From a virus (lineage: Duplodnaviria; Caudoviricetes), in IMG/VR virus record IMGVR_UViG_3300017650_000161, positions 1 to 38,331 of that record: DNA of 38,331 nt. One strand, 5' to 3'. The position numbers were made by a program, and so were the translations under genes. The number at the start of each line of letters is the position of its first letter. Within the stretch, counting starts at the first letter, position 1. Positions 1-7,459 of this stretch are shown here, one piece after another. A model generated the notes under the pieces. The model saw only the letters and a program-made list of their open reading frames with translations. It ran no database searches and had not been told where the DNA came from.

Positions 1-335
1 AAGGCGCGGGCTTTGCAGCCGAGATTGCGCGCCGCCGGCCAAGCGCGGTGCGCGGGGTGGTGGGCGTAGAGCCCGGCGGCATGCCGCAAGCGGCGCCGAT
101 TGATGCGCTGCCGCCGCATCTTGTTGTGTGGGGCGACTTCATCGAACCATCGGGGTCGCACTGGGTCGGCTACCGCCAACAAGCCGAGCGTTACCTGGAT
201 TCCATACGGGGGTGCGCCGACGTAACGGTGCTGGACCTGCCCGGCAGCGGCATCGCGGGCAATTCGCACCTGCCGATGATGGACCGCAATAGCGACGAGG
301 TGTTCCAACGCGTCCTGAACTGGCTGCGAAGCTGA
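1..335 (+). CDS. Alpha/beta-hydrolase (esterase-like), 5'-truncated by window edge
   Basis: The frame is open from base 3 (GAGFAAEIARRRP...) through VGVEPGG, VVWGD and a C-terminal GIAGNSHLPMMDRNSDEV His motif typical of this esterase family. Confidence 0.7.
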   Translation, partial: GAGFAAEIARRRPSAVRGVVGVEPGGMPQAAPIDALPPHLVVWGDFIEPSGSHWVGYRQQAERYLDSIRGCADVTVLDLPGSGIAGNSHLPMMDRNSDEVFQRVLNWLRS

Positions 336-367
336 AGCAACACAAACGACAACAACGGGAGACAACC

Positions 368-1348
368 ATGAACATCCGAACCCTTTCCAGCGCGGCGCTG
401 CTGGGAGCCCTTGTGTTGGGAGGAACGAGCGCGGCGCATGCGCAGGCGTACCCTGCCCATCCCATCAAGCTCATCGTGGGCTACGCGCCGGCAGGCTCGG
501 TGGACACGTTTGCTCGCATCATCGCCCCCGAACTGGGCCGCGAGCTGGGCCAGACCGTCGTCATCGAGAACGTCGCGGGAGCCGGAGGCATCATCGGCGT
601 CACGCGCGCCGTCAACGCCAAGCCCGATGGGTACACGGTACTGATGGGCATCGTGTCCGACGTCGTGATCGCACCCATTCTGCAATCGTCGGCCAAGTAC
701 ACCTACCGCGACCTGGCCGCTGTCGCGCCGCTGGGCACAAGCGGCGTCGGCGTGGTGGCGAACCCGAACCTGGGCGTGAAATCGTTTGGCGACCTGATTG
801 CGCGCGCCAAGGCCAACCCGGGCAAGCTGACCTACGGCGCCACGGGCGTCGGCTCGCTGCCCGCCATCGCCATGGAGAGCTTCAAGCTCACCACCGGTAC
901 GGACATCACCTTCATTCCCTATGCAAGCGCCTCGAAGATCGCGACCGATGTCATCGGCGGGAATGTGGATATCGCGGTGTCCGGGTTGCCCGCCCTGCTT
1001 GAACTGATCAAAAGCGGGCGTGTGACGGGCGTGGGCGTCATGAGCCGCGACCGCGACATCGGCAACCCGGACTTGGCGTCGGCGGGTGAAACACCGGAAC
1101 TCAACGGGATGGACTATTACTTCTGGACCGGAATTTTCGCGCCGTCGAATACGCCAGAACCTATCGTCCAGACATTGAACGCCGCGTTCAGCCGTGTCAT
1201 GGCCAAGCCGGAGATTCAGGCACGGTTCAAGGAATTGGGCGTAAAGGTCAGCCCGCCCACCTCGCCCACGGCGTTTGGGCAGTTCGTGGCGAGCAGCGAT
1301 GCGCAATGGCAAAAGCTGATCGAAGAAGCGAAGATCCCGCGGCAGTAG
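368..1348 (+). CDS. Tripartite tricarboxylate transporter substrate-binding protein (Bug/TctC family)
   Basis: Signal peptide ending AHA-QAYP, followed by PIKLIVGYAPAGSVD, VVIENVAGAGG and PDGYT motifs; GGAG RBS upstream. Confidence 0.95.
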   Translation: MNIRTLSSAALLGALVLGGTSAAHAQAYPAHPIKLIVGYAPAGSVDTFARIIAPELGRELGQTVVIENVAGAGGIIGVTRAVNAKPDGYTVLMGIVSDVVIAPILQSSAKYTYRDLAAVAPLGTSGVGVVANPNLGVKSFGDLIARAKANPGKLTYGATGVGSLPAIAMESFKLTTGTDITFIPYASASKIATDVIGGNVDIAVSGLPALLELIKSGRVTGVGVMSRDRDIGNPDLASAGETPELNGMDYYFWTGIFAPSNTPEPIVQTLNAAFSRVMAKPEIQARFKELGVKVSPPTSPTAFGQFVASSDAQWQKLIEEAKIPRQ

Positions 1349-1361
1349 AAGGAAGGGACGG

Positions 1362-1404
1362 AACAAAATGGCCCCAAGCTTTGTGAGCTTGGGGCCATTT
1401 TGTT
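1362..1404. terminator. Bidirectional intrinsic terminator (host)
   Basis: Perfect 19-bp stem AACAAAATGGCCCCAAGCT / AGCTTGGGGCCATTTTGTT with a 5-nt loop, between the Bug gene and the displaced tRNA 3' fragment. Confidence 0.85.
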
Positions 1405-1483
1405 GTCCTACCGAATGGTGGTCCATAGGATGGGCCACCTGTCGTCTTTTCTTGCACTGCGGAAATCCGGAGACCCGCATGAA

Positions 1484-1534
1484 TATTGGTCGGGGCGGTG
1501 GGATTCGAACTCACGACCCTCTGCTCCCAAAGCA
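1484..1534. repeat. att core, left copy (duplicated 3' part of tRNA-Pro)
   Basis: TATTGGTCGGGGCGGTGGGATTCGAACTCACGACCCTCTGCTCCCAAAGCA is identical to 33968..34018. Confidence 0.97.
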
Positions 1535-1546
1535 AAAAATAGCCTT

Positions 1547-1682
1547 TCCGCCGAAGTCCGCCAACGTCCGCCTGGAAACGCTACACTCGCGTCTTTATTG
1601 GCTTTCCGGCCATTTGAAGTCCGCCAAGGTCTTCTAGCATCCGCCAGCAGCCGCAAAGCGCTGGCCCCCCAAATGGCCCCCC
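1547..1682 (+). promoter_or_regulatory. attP arm: phased TCCGCC repeats and tandem TGGCCCCCC integrase arm-type sites
   Basis: TCCGCC occurs at 1547, 1557, 1567, 1620 and 1640 (10-bp phasing). TGGCCCCCC occurs twice at 1662/1674, matched by a pair at 33902/33914. Confidence 0.65.
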
Positions 1683-1698
1683 AAGATCCAGGCTTTCA

Positions 1699-3030
1699 AT
1701 GGCGACGAATCTACTGACTGATACGGCACTGCGAAATGCACGGCCCGGCGCAAAGGAAATCGAACTGAACGACGGAGGCGGCCTCATTCATCGCATTCGG
1801 CCTGACGGCCGGCGGGCGTGGATCTTTCGCTACACCGGCCCGACCACGGGCAAGAGGGAGCGCATTTATCTAGGAGCCTATCCGTTGCTGAGCCTAAAGG
1901 CCGCGAGAGAGATGCGCCAGGCCCGCCAGGAAATGCTCCAGAAAGGCATGGACCCCAAGCACGCCGCCGCCCTTCTCGATTCCGAGGGCGACGCGATTCC
2001 GGAGACAGTAGGCCGCTTGTTCAATGTCTGGTTTTCGCAGGAGATCGAGACAAACCGGAAGAGCGAGAACGACCACAAATCCATCAAGGGGCGATACGCC
2101 ATCTACGTCGCTCCGTACTTGGCCGACGTACCTTTGTCCATGGTCCGCCGTGGCCATGTGATGAAAGCCATCGACAAAGCCAGATTGGAAAAGAAGATGC
2201 GAACGGCCAATCTCGTGTTGGCCAACTTGCGCCAGATGTTCCGGTTCGCAGTCGCCCGCGAGTGGATGCAAGGCGACCCCACCGCAGCCATCGCGCGCAA
2301 ACAGGCTGGCGGCCAGGAGAATGAAGGCGAGCGCGTACTTTCGGATGCTGAGCTACCGATCCTGCGTGATGTACTGGCCAGGCCCCCGCTCCAGAAATCA
2401 CGCTACTACGTGGCTCAGCGGCGCGTGCTGCCCGTACACACTGAGTTGATGGTTTGGTGGACACTCGCCACCGCAGCGCGCCCCATTGAGGTGGCCTCGA
2501 TCCGTCGCAAAGGCGCCGTGAACGTCAGGGCCAAGAACTGGACTATCCCGGCCGAGGTGTCGAAGAATGGAAAACCACACCTTGTTCACGTCAGTGACTT
2601 TGCCCTAGCAGTCTGGAAGCGAATGCTTAAGCTGCCAGGCACAGGGGAATATCTCATCCCGGGCAAAGAAGGCGGGCACATTTCAGAAAAGGAAGTTACC
2701 CGGCGCCTCACTGATAGGCAGACACGCACCAAAGCCATCCGCGGCCGCAAGAACACAACTGACTTGGATCTACCTGGAGGGCATTGGACGCAGCACGATC
2801 TGCGGCGCACTGCTGCGACCATCATGGGCGAACTCGGATTTACGCAGGATGTAATAGACCGTTGCCTCAATCACAAAGAACCCAAAAAAGTGACGCGGAC
2901 GTACCAACGTCAAACCATGTTGAGCCAACGGCGAGAGGCCTTTGACGCGCTGGGTCAACATCTCACAGCCATCTTAGGCGACCCTTCCGAATGGTTGCCA
3001 GATCCAGACACGACAGGCGAAATTGTTTAG
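1699..3030 (+). CDS. int: Tyrosine integrase, P4-like, with N-terminal arm-binding domain
   Basis: N-terminal DGGGL...W.FRY...LGAYPLLSL motif; catalytic R (AARPIE), K (SKNG), HDLRR, LNH and Y (RTY). Confidence 0.95.
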   Translation: MATNLLTDTALRNARPGAKEIELNDGGGLIHRIRPDGRRAWIFRYTGPTTGKRERIYLGAYPLLSLKAAREMRQARQEMLQKGMDPKHAAALLDSEGDAIPETVGRLFNVWFSQEIETNRKSENDHKSIKGRYAIYVAPYLADVPLSMVRRGHVMKAIDKARLEKKMRTANLVLANLRQMFRFAVAREWMQGDPTAAIARKQAGGQENEGERVLSDAELPILRDVLARPPLQKSRYYVAQRRVLPVHTELMVWWTLATAARPIEVASIRRKGAVNVRAKNWTIPAEVSKNGKPHLVHVSDFALAVWKRMLKLPGTGEYLIPGKEGGHISEKEVTRRLTDRQTRTKAIRGRKNTTDLDLPGGHWTQHDLRRTAATIMGELGFTQDVIDRCLNHKEPKKVTRTYQRQTMLSQRREAFDALGQHLTAILGDPSEWLPDPDTTGEIV

Positions 3031-3131
3031 GCACAACTCCCTCGGATCCCATCAGCTTGCTTAATCGAGAGAACGCCAAACTCGGTCAATTGTCGCTATG
3101 ATAGCCACAACATGTAACACTTGGAGACGAC

Positions 3132-4043
3132 ATGCTAGATCGGTTCTTGGGGGACTCAGGCGCTCGACTACGAGCCGAGGCGCTTTCGCAGCAGAGAATC
3201 ATTAATGGTGACATGGCTCTCGCAGGCGAAGTTGCTGCGCAGAGCGAGGTAATCGAATTCGGTGCGGATTCCGTTGTTATGGAGCAAGGCGGAACCGACA
3301 ATGAAATTTATTTCATCCTAGCAGGCGAGGTCGATGTAATCGTCAATGGAGTGTTGGTCCAACGCCGTGCAGTTGGCGACACGGTGGGCGAACTGGCAGC
3401 TACCAATCCTACTCAACGACGGGCGGCAACGGTTCGGACTAACCAGCCGACTATATTGGCAAAACTCGCGGAACCTGCGTTCGCAGCTCTCGCTGATAAG
3501 TACCCCGCCGTCTGGCGCTACTTGGCTCGCGACACCGCTCGTCGTCTAGTAGAGCGAAACGCACTTGTACGGCCAGCACACCAGGGCATCCACGTTTTTA
3601 TCGTCTCGTCCCGAGAGTCCCTACCCATTGCTCATGCGGTACAAGAGGCTTTGGCACACGACCCTTTCACCTGCACCGTGTGGACCGACGGGTGCTTCAA
3701 AGTAAGTCAATACACACTTGAAGCGCTAGAGCACCAACTAGACGAATCAGATTTCGCCATCGCGATTGCACATGCGGACGACCTAGCGCAAGTGCGTGGT
3801 GAACCTTGGCCCGCGCCTCGAGACAACGTGATATTCGAGCTTGGGCTATTCATGGGAAGACTTGGACGAGCTCGAGCAATTTTGATGGAGCCACGCGACG
3901 AGCGAGTGAAACTACCTAGCGACATGGCCGGCATTACAACTATTGACTACCGCTTCGCAGCCGACAAGGATTTCGCCGCCCTGCTGGGTCCCGCATGCAC
4001 TCGCCTTCGCCGACATATAACGGATCTGGGTCCAGTACGCTGA
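3132..4043 (+). CDS. pycTIR: Pycsar effector: cyclic-nucleotide-binding domain fused to TIR (Cap12-type) NADase domain
   Basis: cNMP-binding motifs EQG..DNEIYFILAGEV and GELAA..RRAATV; TIR motifs VFIVSSRES, DFAIAIAHADD, RDNVIFELGLFMGRLG (catalytic Glu) and KLPSD; adjacent to a cyclase gene. Confidence 0.92.
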   Translation: MLDRFLGDSGARLRAEALSQQRIINGDMALAGEVAAQSEVIEFGADSVVMEQGGTDNEIYFILAGEVDVIVNGVLVQRRAVGDTVGELAATNPTQRRAATVRTNQPTILAKLAEPAFAALADKYPAVWRYLARDTARRLVERNALVRPAHQGIHVFIVSSRESLPIAHAVQEALAHDPFTCTVWTDGCFKVSQYTLEALEHQLDESDFAIAIAHADDLAQVRGEPWPAPRDNVIFELGLFMGRLGRARAILMEPRDERVKLPSDMAGITTIDYRFAADKDFAALLGPACTRLRRHITDLGPVR

Positions 4044-4061
4044 AGAGGCGAATTCAAAATT

Positions 4062-4754
4062 ATGACGTTGAAAACTGAACTCGAAACTCGATGCACTGAA
4101 ATTTTTCGGTCGCCATGGACTACTCGGGCGGGCCGCGTGGTTCCAGCGGAATCCGATGTTGGGCTAGGTAACGACGGCGTGGAACTGGATGCAACGGTGC
4201 TTTATGCCGACATTGCCGACTCGACGCAGATGGTCGACTCGTTAATACCAGCCTTAGCCGCAGAGATATACAAGGCGTTCCTCCACAGTGCGGCGAAGAT
4301 CATCACCTCAAACGGCGGCACCATCACGGCTTACGATGGTGATAGGGTGATGGCGGTCTTTATTGGCGACTACAAAAACACAAGTGCTGTAAAGACAGCG
4401 TTACAGATCAACTATGCAACAAAGAGTATTGTGCGGCCGGCAATGAAGGCGATCTACACGAGTAGTAACCACGTCATTAATCACGTTGTGGGAATTGACT
4501 CAAGCAAACTTCTGGTTGCGCGCACTGGCATCCGTGGCTCGAATGACCTTGTTTGGGTAGGGCGCGCCGCCAACCATGCGGCAAAGATGGCGGCGTTGGA
4601 TCATTCCTATCCGACATACATCACAGCGGAGGTTTACGACCGGTTGGCTGACGAGGCAAAGATCTCTAACGGCGTGAACATGTGGGAGGCATGCACGTGG
4701 AACACTCAGGGCCGCAGAATATATAGGTCTACGTATTGGTGGCCACTCGCCTAA
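4062..4754 (+). CDS. pycC: Pycsar class III pyrimidine cyclase (uridylate cyclase type)
   Basis: ATVLYADIADST, GGTITAYDGDRVMAVF, HVVGID, TGIRGSNDLVWVGRAANHAAK; closely resembles Burkholderia-type PycC paired with a TIR effector. Confidence 0.93.
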   Translation: MTLKTELETRCTEIFRSPWTTRAGRVVPAESDVGLGNDGVELDATVLYADIADSTQMVDSLIPALAAEIYKAFLHSAAKIITSNGGTITAYDGDRVMAVFIGDYKNTSAVKTALQINYATKSIVRPAMKAIYTSSNHVINHVVGIDSSKLLVARTGIRGSNDLVWVGRAANHAAKMAALDHSYPTYITAEVYDRLADEAKISNGVNMWEACTWNTQGRRIYRSTYWWPLA

Positions 4755-4799
4755 CCGGTTCTCTCCGTAGAGACGCGTCAGTTCGTTCAGGTCCCCTCC

Positions 4800-6380
4800 C
4801 TACATGGGGTCACGCCGTTTGAACTCGTCATCAAGCGCGTAGTTGGGCATGGACAGAATCACCGTCCCGCTGAGCCGGTTCTCCTCTCGAGCTTGTTCTT
4901 CAACACCGATCGCCAACGCCAGTTGAACGAGCGCAGAACGCGCCATCTTCATCACCCGTAGAGCCTTCTCTTCGAGAAAGTCACTAGTTATCGACCGCCT
5001 TGAATCCGGGCTACCCGGCGCCCTTAACTTGTAGGATTGCACCCACCCAAAATGGACCTGCAAGCACTTGTGTTCAAGCGCATTGCGTATGCCATACAGT
5101 TCCCGCGCATCCGGGCTGGTAGTCGAATTTAGCTTTTCGTCGAACAGCTCTTTTGAAAGCCAAAACAGTCCTCTCAGCGGCCAATTCTCGCTGTCGCGAA
5201 AGCGCTCAAGAAGTTGCTTTTTTCCTTCGACCATCCAGACATTCTTAAAATTTATGTGGTCTGGATGTTTTTCGAGCTTCCAGTAGAAATCGACAAGGAA
5301 AGCAACCTTATCAAGCAATGAATATGCGATTCGATATGCCGTACGCACACGCTCCATTGCGAGAGAATGCAGAGGATAGTCCAGCGTATCCGCCAGCCGA
5401 ACTCCTCGATCTGAAAAGTGGAACTTGGTACTGCTCAGGCCTTCGTACAACATGTAGCGCGCCGATACGTACTCCTGCTTGATCTGGTTAAAAAACCCTA
5501 TTACTGCAGGGGGGCTCAAGGCACCTGGTCGCTCGTCAAATTGCTCGCTAATGCTAGGCAAATGCAGATTGTCAAAAGCAGCTATGGGGTACGCCCCCAG
5601 ATCATTTAGAGGGTGAAGAAACAAGCCTTTATCAAGTGACCATTGCCGGTACAAGCGCTCGGCTTTAGTGCGCCCGAGCGATGGCGGATTGCCTTCAAAG
5701 AGCGCGCGCACTTGCTCGATATCCAATCCATCCGCGTACCGCTTAGCTTCCGTCGCGAATGTTTGCAAGATCGCTTTAGGGTAAGGGGCGTCAAAAACCG
5801 CTGTAGTGGAAGTCACGATAGCCATGCTGTCGTGTGCATGCATCCACAGAATCGCACGCTCCTCATCATTTTCCAGCAAAGCCCCATAGCGCCTCAGGCA
5901 TCTGGATAAATTTGCGTGAGCAATTGCAAATTTAGGAATTATCCGCAGGGCGGCTCTCCACCCTTCGATTGCGTCGATCAAGCGCCCCATAGCAAATAGC
6001 TGGTTAGCTCGGTTGGTCAGCACCTGGCAGCGGCGTATTTTGTGCAGCTTACTAAAACCGGGATGTGCGACGGCGCGCGACAAGGCCAGAATTTGCTCTT
6101 CCCTTGCGGGGTGCTCCCAAGTCACTGAGCTGCTCGCGGAAGCAATCTTCTCTTTAACCCCCCATGCGTTCGCTCGAAAATACTCAGCCGTCGCGCCGTG
6201 TGTCTCTTCCAGCTCTCGAATCGAAAGCTGCTCAAGAAGGTGTAGCGCGCGGTCGGCGCCACGCTCGAAATAAGCGTCGTCTGACGCATCTATCAAGTCA
6301 CCGATGTGCTTTAGCGCAGCGGCATCGTCGAGCTTGGTAATTGAGCGCTGGCGAAGCATCTCCAGATCATCACGTTTCAC
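4800..6380 (-). CDS. TPR-like helical repeat protein with C-terminal HEPN domain (LA2681-like); putative RNase
   Basis: 526 aa, GTG start; TPR-like segment LTNRANQLFAMGRLIDAIEGWRAALRIIPKFAIAHANL; FNQIKQEYVSARY, AYSLLDKVAF, NWPLRGLFWLSKE and the HEPN motif RNALEH (RxxxxH). Confidence 0.82.
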   Translation of the reverse strand: MKRDDLEMLRQRSITKLDDAAALKHIGDLIDASDDAYFERGADRALHLLEQLSIRELEETHGATAEYFRANAWGVKEKIASASSSVTWEHPAREEQILALSRAVAHPGFSKLHKIRRCQVLTNRANQLFAMGRLIDAIEGWRAALRIIPKFAIAHANLSRCLRRYGALLENDEERAILWMHAHDSMAIVTSTTAVFDAPYPKAILQTFATEAKRYADGLDIEQVRALFEGNPPSLGRTKAERLYRQWSLDKGLFLHPLNDLGAYPIAAFDNLHLPSISEQFDERPGALSPPAVIGFFNQIKQEYVSARYMLYEGLSSTKFHFSDRGVRLADTLDYPLHSLAMERVRTAYRIAYSLLDKVAFLVDFYWKLEKHPDHINFKNVWMVEGKKQLLERFRDSENWPLRGLFWLSKELFDEKLNSTTSPDARELYGIRNALEHKCLQVHFGWVQSYKLRAPGSPDSRRSITSDFLEEKALRVMKMARSALVQLALAIGVEEQAREENRLSGTVILSMPNYALDDEFKRRDPM

Positions 6381-6537
6381 GTGTTCTTCCTGTACTAATT
6401 CCCGGTGCCGACTACGACATTACGAAATCAATTTCTGACGAGCTCAGTAACTTTTCACTGTACCGACCAGTTGCGTCATGGACACAAGGCGCTGAGCATG
6501 CTGCGGTCGGCCAGTTGCTGTCAACATCGAACATTTC

Positions 6538-6849
6538 GGGAGGGGTTGGGAAAAACCTAACCTTCCTAACCGGACATTGAGGATTGGCCGGAGAGCCTTT
6601 GTTCATGCGGGTTTCGGGGATTTCAGAAAACCTAACCTTTTCCTAACCAAAGCCTAACCCGGTTAGGTTTCTATACCCTAACCTTATAAAAAACAGATAC
6701 CTATATAAATCAATGACTTACAGAATGGTTAGGTTTTAGGTTAGGTCAGGTTAGGTTTTATACCTAACCGATATTATTCATATAAATCAAGAGCTTAAAC
6801 ATCATTTTCACCCCCGGTTAGGGGGGTTAGGTTTTTCCCAGCCCCTCCC
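6538..6849. repeat. 312-bp iteron-rich element with 36-bp inverted ends and IHF sites (candidate replication origin)
   Basis: 6538..6573 and 6814..6849 are inverted (33/36 match). There are 7 CCTAACC and 6 GGTTAGG copies, WATCAANNNNTTR at 6708..6720 and 6785..6797, and an AT-rich core. Confidence 0.85.
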
Positions 6850-7030
6850 CAAACCTGCGCAGAGATTGAGCAAAAACCGCATGTGGCGGTCCAGGGGGGC
6901 AGGAATGTGCGTCGTAGGTGCGTCGATCTGCGTCATCCGCCAAGCCCTACCAGCGGCCCGCAAAGGCAAGCCAACGCTGGCGCCAGGGGGTGATGCACGG
7001 TCGAGTCTTTTCTCGCACATTTAGCGCGCA

Positions 7031-7049
7031 GGCGCGGAGGGGGGAGAAC
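7031..7049 (+). other. cos site (19-nt cohesive end, P2-like)
   Basis: GGCGCGGAGGGGGGAGAAC, flanked by inverted GCGCGCA/TGCGCGC, resembles P2 cos GGCGAGGCGGGGAAAGCAC-TGCGCGC and lies just beyond the portal gene end, as in P2. Confidence 0.8.
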
Positions 7050-7080
7050 TGCGCGCCAGACCCCTGCGCTCACCCGAATG

Positions 7081-7096
7081 CTGTATATTTATCCAG
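7081..7096. promoter_or_regulatory. LexA (SOS) box
   Basis: CTGTATATTTATCCAG has one mismatch to CTGT-N8-ACAG and an AT-rich spacer; it lies 16 bp upstream of the ATG at 7113. Confidence 0.8.
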
Positions 7097-7112
7097 TATT
7101 CTGAGGTGCAGC

Positions 7113-7400
7113 ATGGATTTCTTCGACCGACCACCCCCAGCGCCCCTGACGGCGGCCCGCATACGCGAGCTGTACGCCCGCAATCCGACCGCCGAGGCCT
7201 GCGCCATGGCGTGGGAGATCTGGCGCTTGCAGCGCGTCATCGTGGCCCTGGAAGCGGGGTTGCGCAGTGCCGGGGGATTGCGTCACCGTCAGGACGTCAT
7301 CGACCGGGTGGCCGAGCTGCAGCAGTACGTGGCGGGCGAACCTTGTTTAAATGAAGCGCTGGCCGTGAAGGCAGGCGCGAGGCGTGGCGAGCAGCGGTAA
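7113..7400 (+). CDS. Small hypothetical protein (95 aa), probably SOS-regulated
   Basis: GAGGT RBS at 7103, ATG at 7113 within the 6918..7400 ORF; helical-looking sequence with a WEIWRL motif. Confidence 0.75.
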   Translation: MDFFDRPPPAPLTAARIRELYARNPTAEACAMAWEIWRLQRVIVALEAGLRSAGGLRHRQDVIDRVAELQQYVAGEPCLNEALAVKAGARRGEQR

Positions 7401-7414
7401 CGTTTGGCGGGCCG

Positions 7415-7440
7415 AAAAAAAGCCCCGCTAGTGCGGGGCT
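7415..7440 (-). terminator. Intrinsic terminator after the portal gene
   Basis: AGCCCCGC-TAGT-GCGGGGCT hairpin with an A-run on its left (U-tract on the minus strand). Confidence 0.8.
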
Positions 7441-7459
7441 AAATGGACGCGGCGAACGG

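Noticed and set aside
191-1480. 429-aa minus-strand ORF
   Set aside because: Antisense shadow of the Bug gene; long shadow ORFs are common in high-GC DNA.
1484-1534. Second tRNA-Pro gene
   Set aside because: Only the 3' part is present (no D-arm or 5' acceptor strand); it is the att duplication.
3132-4754. CBASS or Thoeris assignment, or a CRP-type regulator with adenylate cyclase
   Set aside because: The enzyme is a class III cyclase, not a CD-NTase. The TIR is fused to a cNMP domain with no HTH, STING or ThsA partner, which fits Pycsar.
6538-6849. MITE, CRISPR array or telomere/G-quadruplex reading of the TTAGG-like repeats
   Set aside because: No target-site duplication or transposase is present. 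The repeats are 7-mers in both orientations without regular spacers. Most G-runs are only two long and no protelomerase gene exists.
6341-7112. Short ORFs 6341..6580, 6412..6606, 6808..7020 and the 6918 upstream extension
   Set aside because: They overlap the repeat element, cos and LexA box, lack an RBS and have no recognisable motifs.
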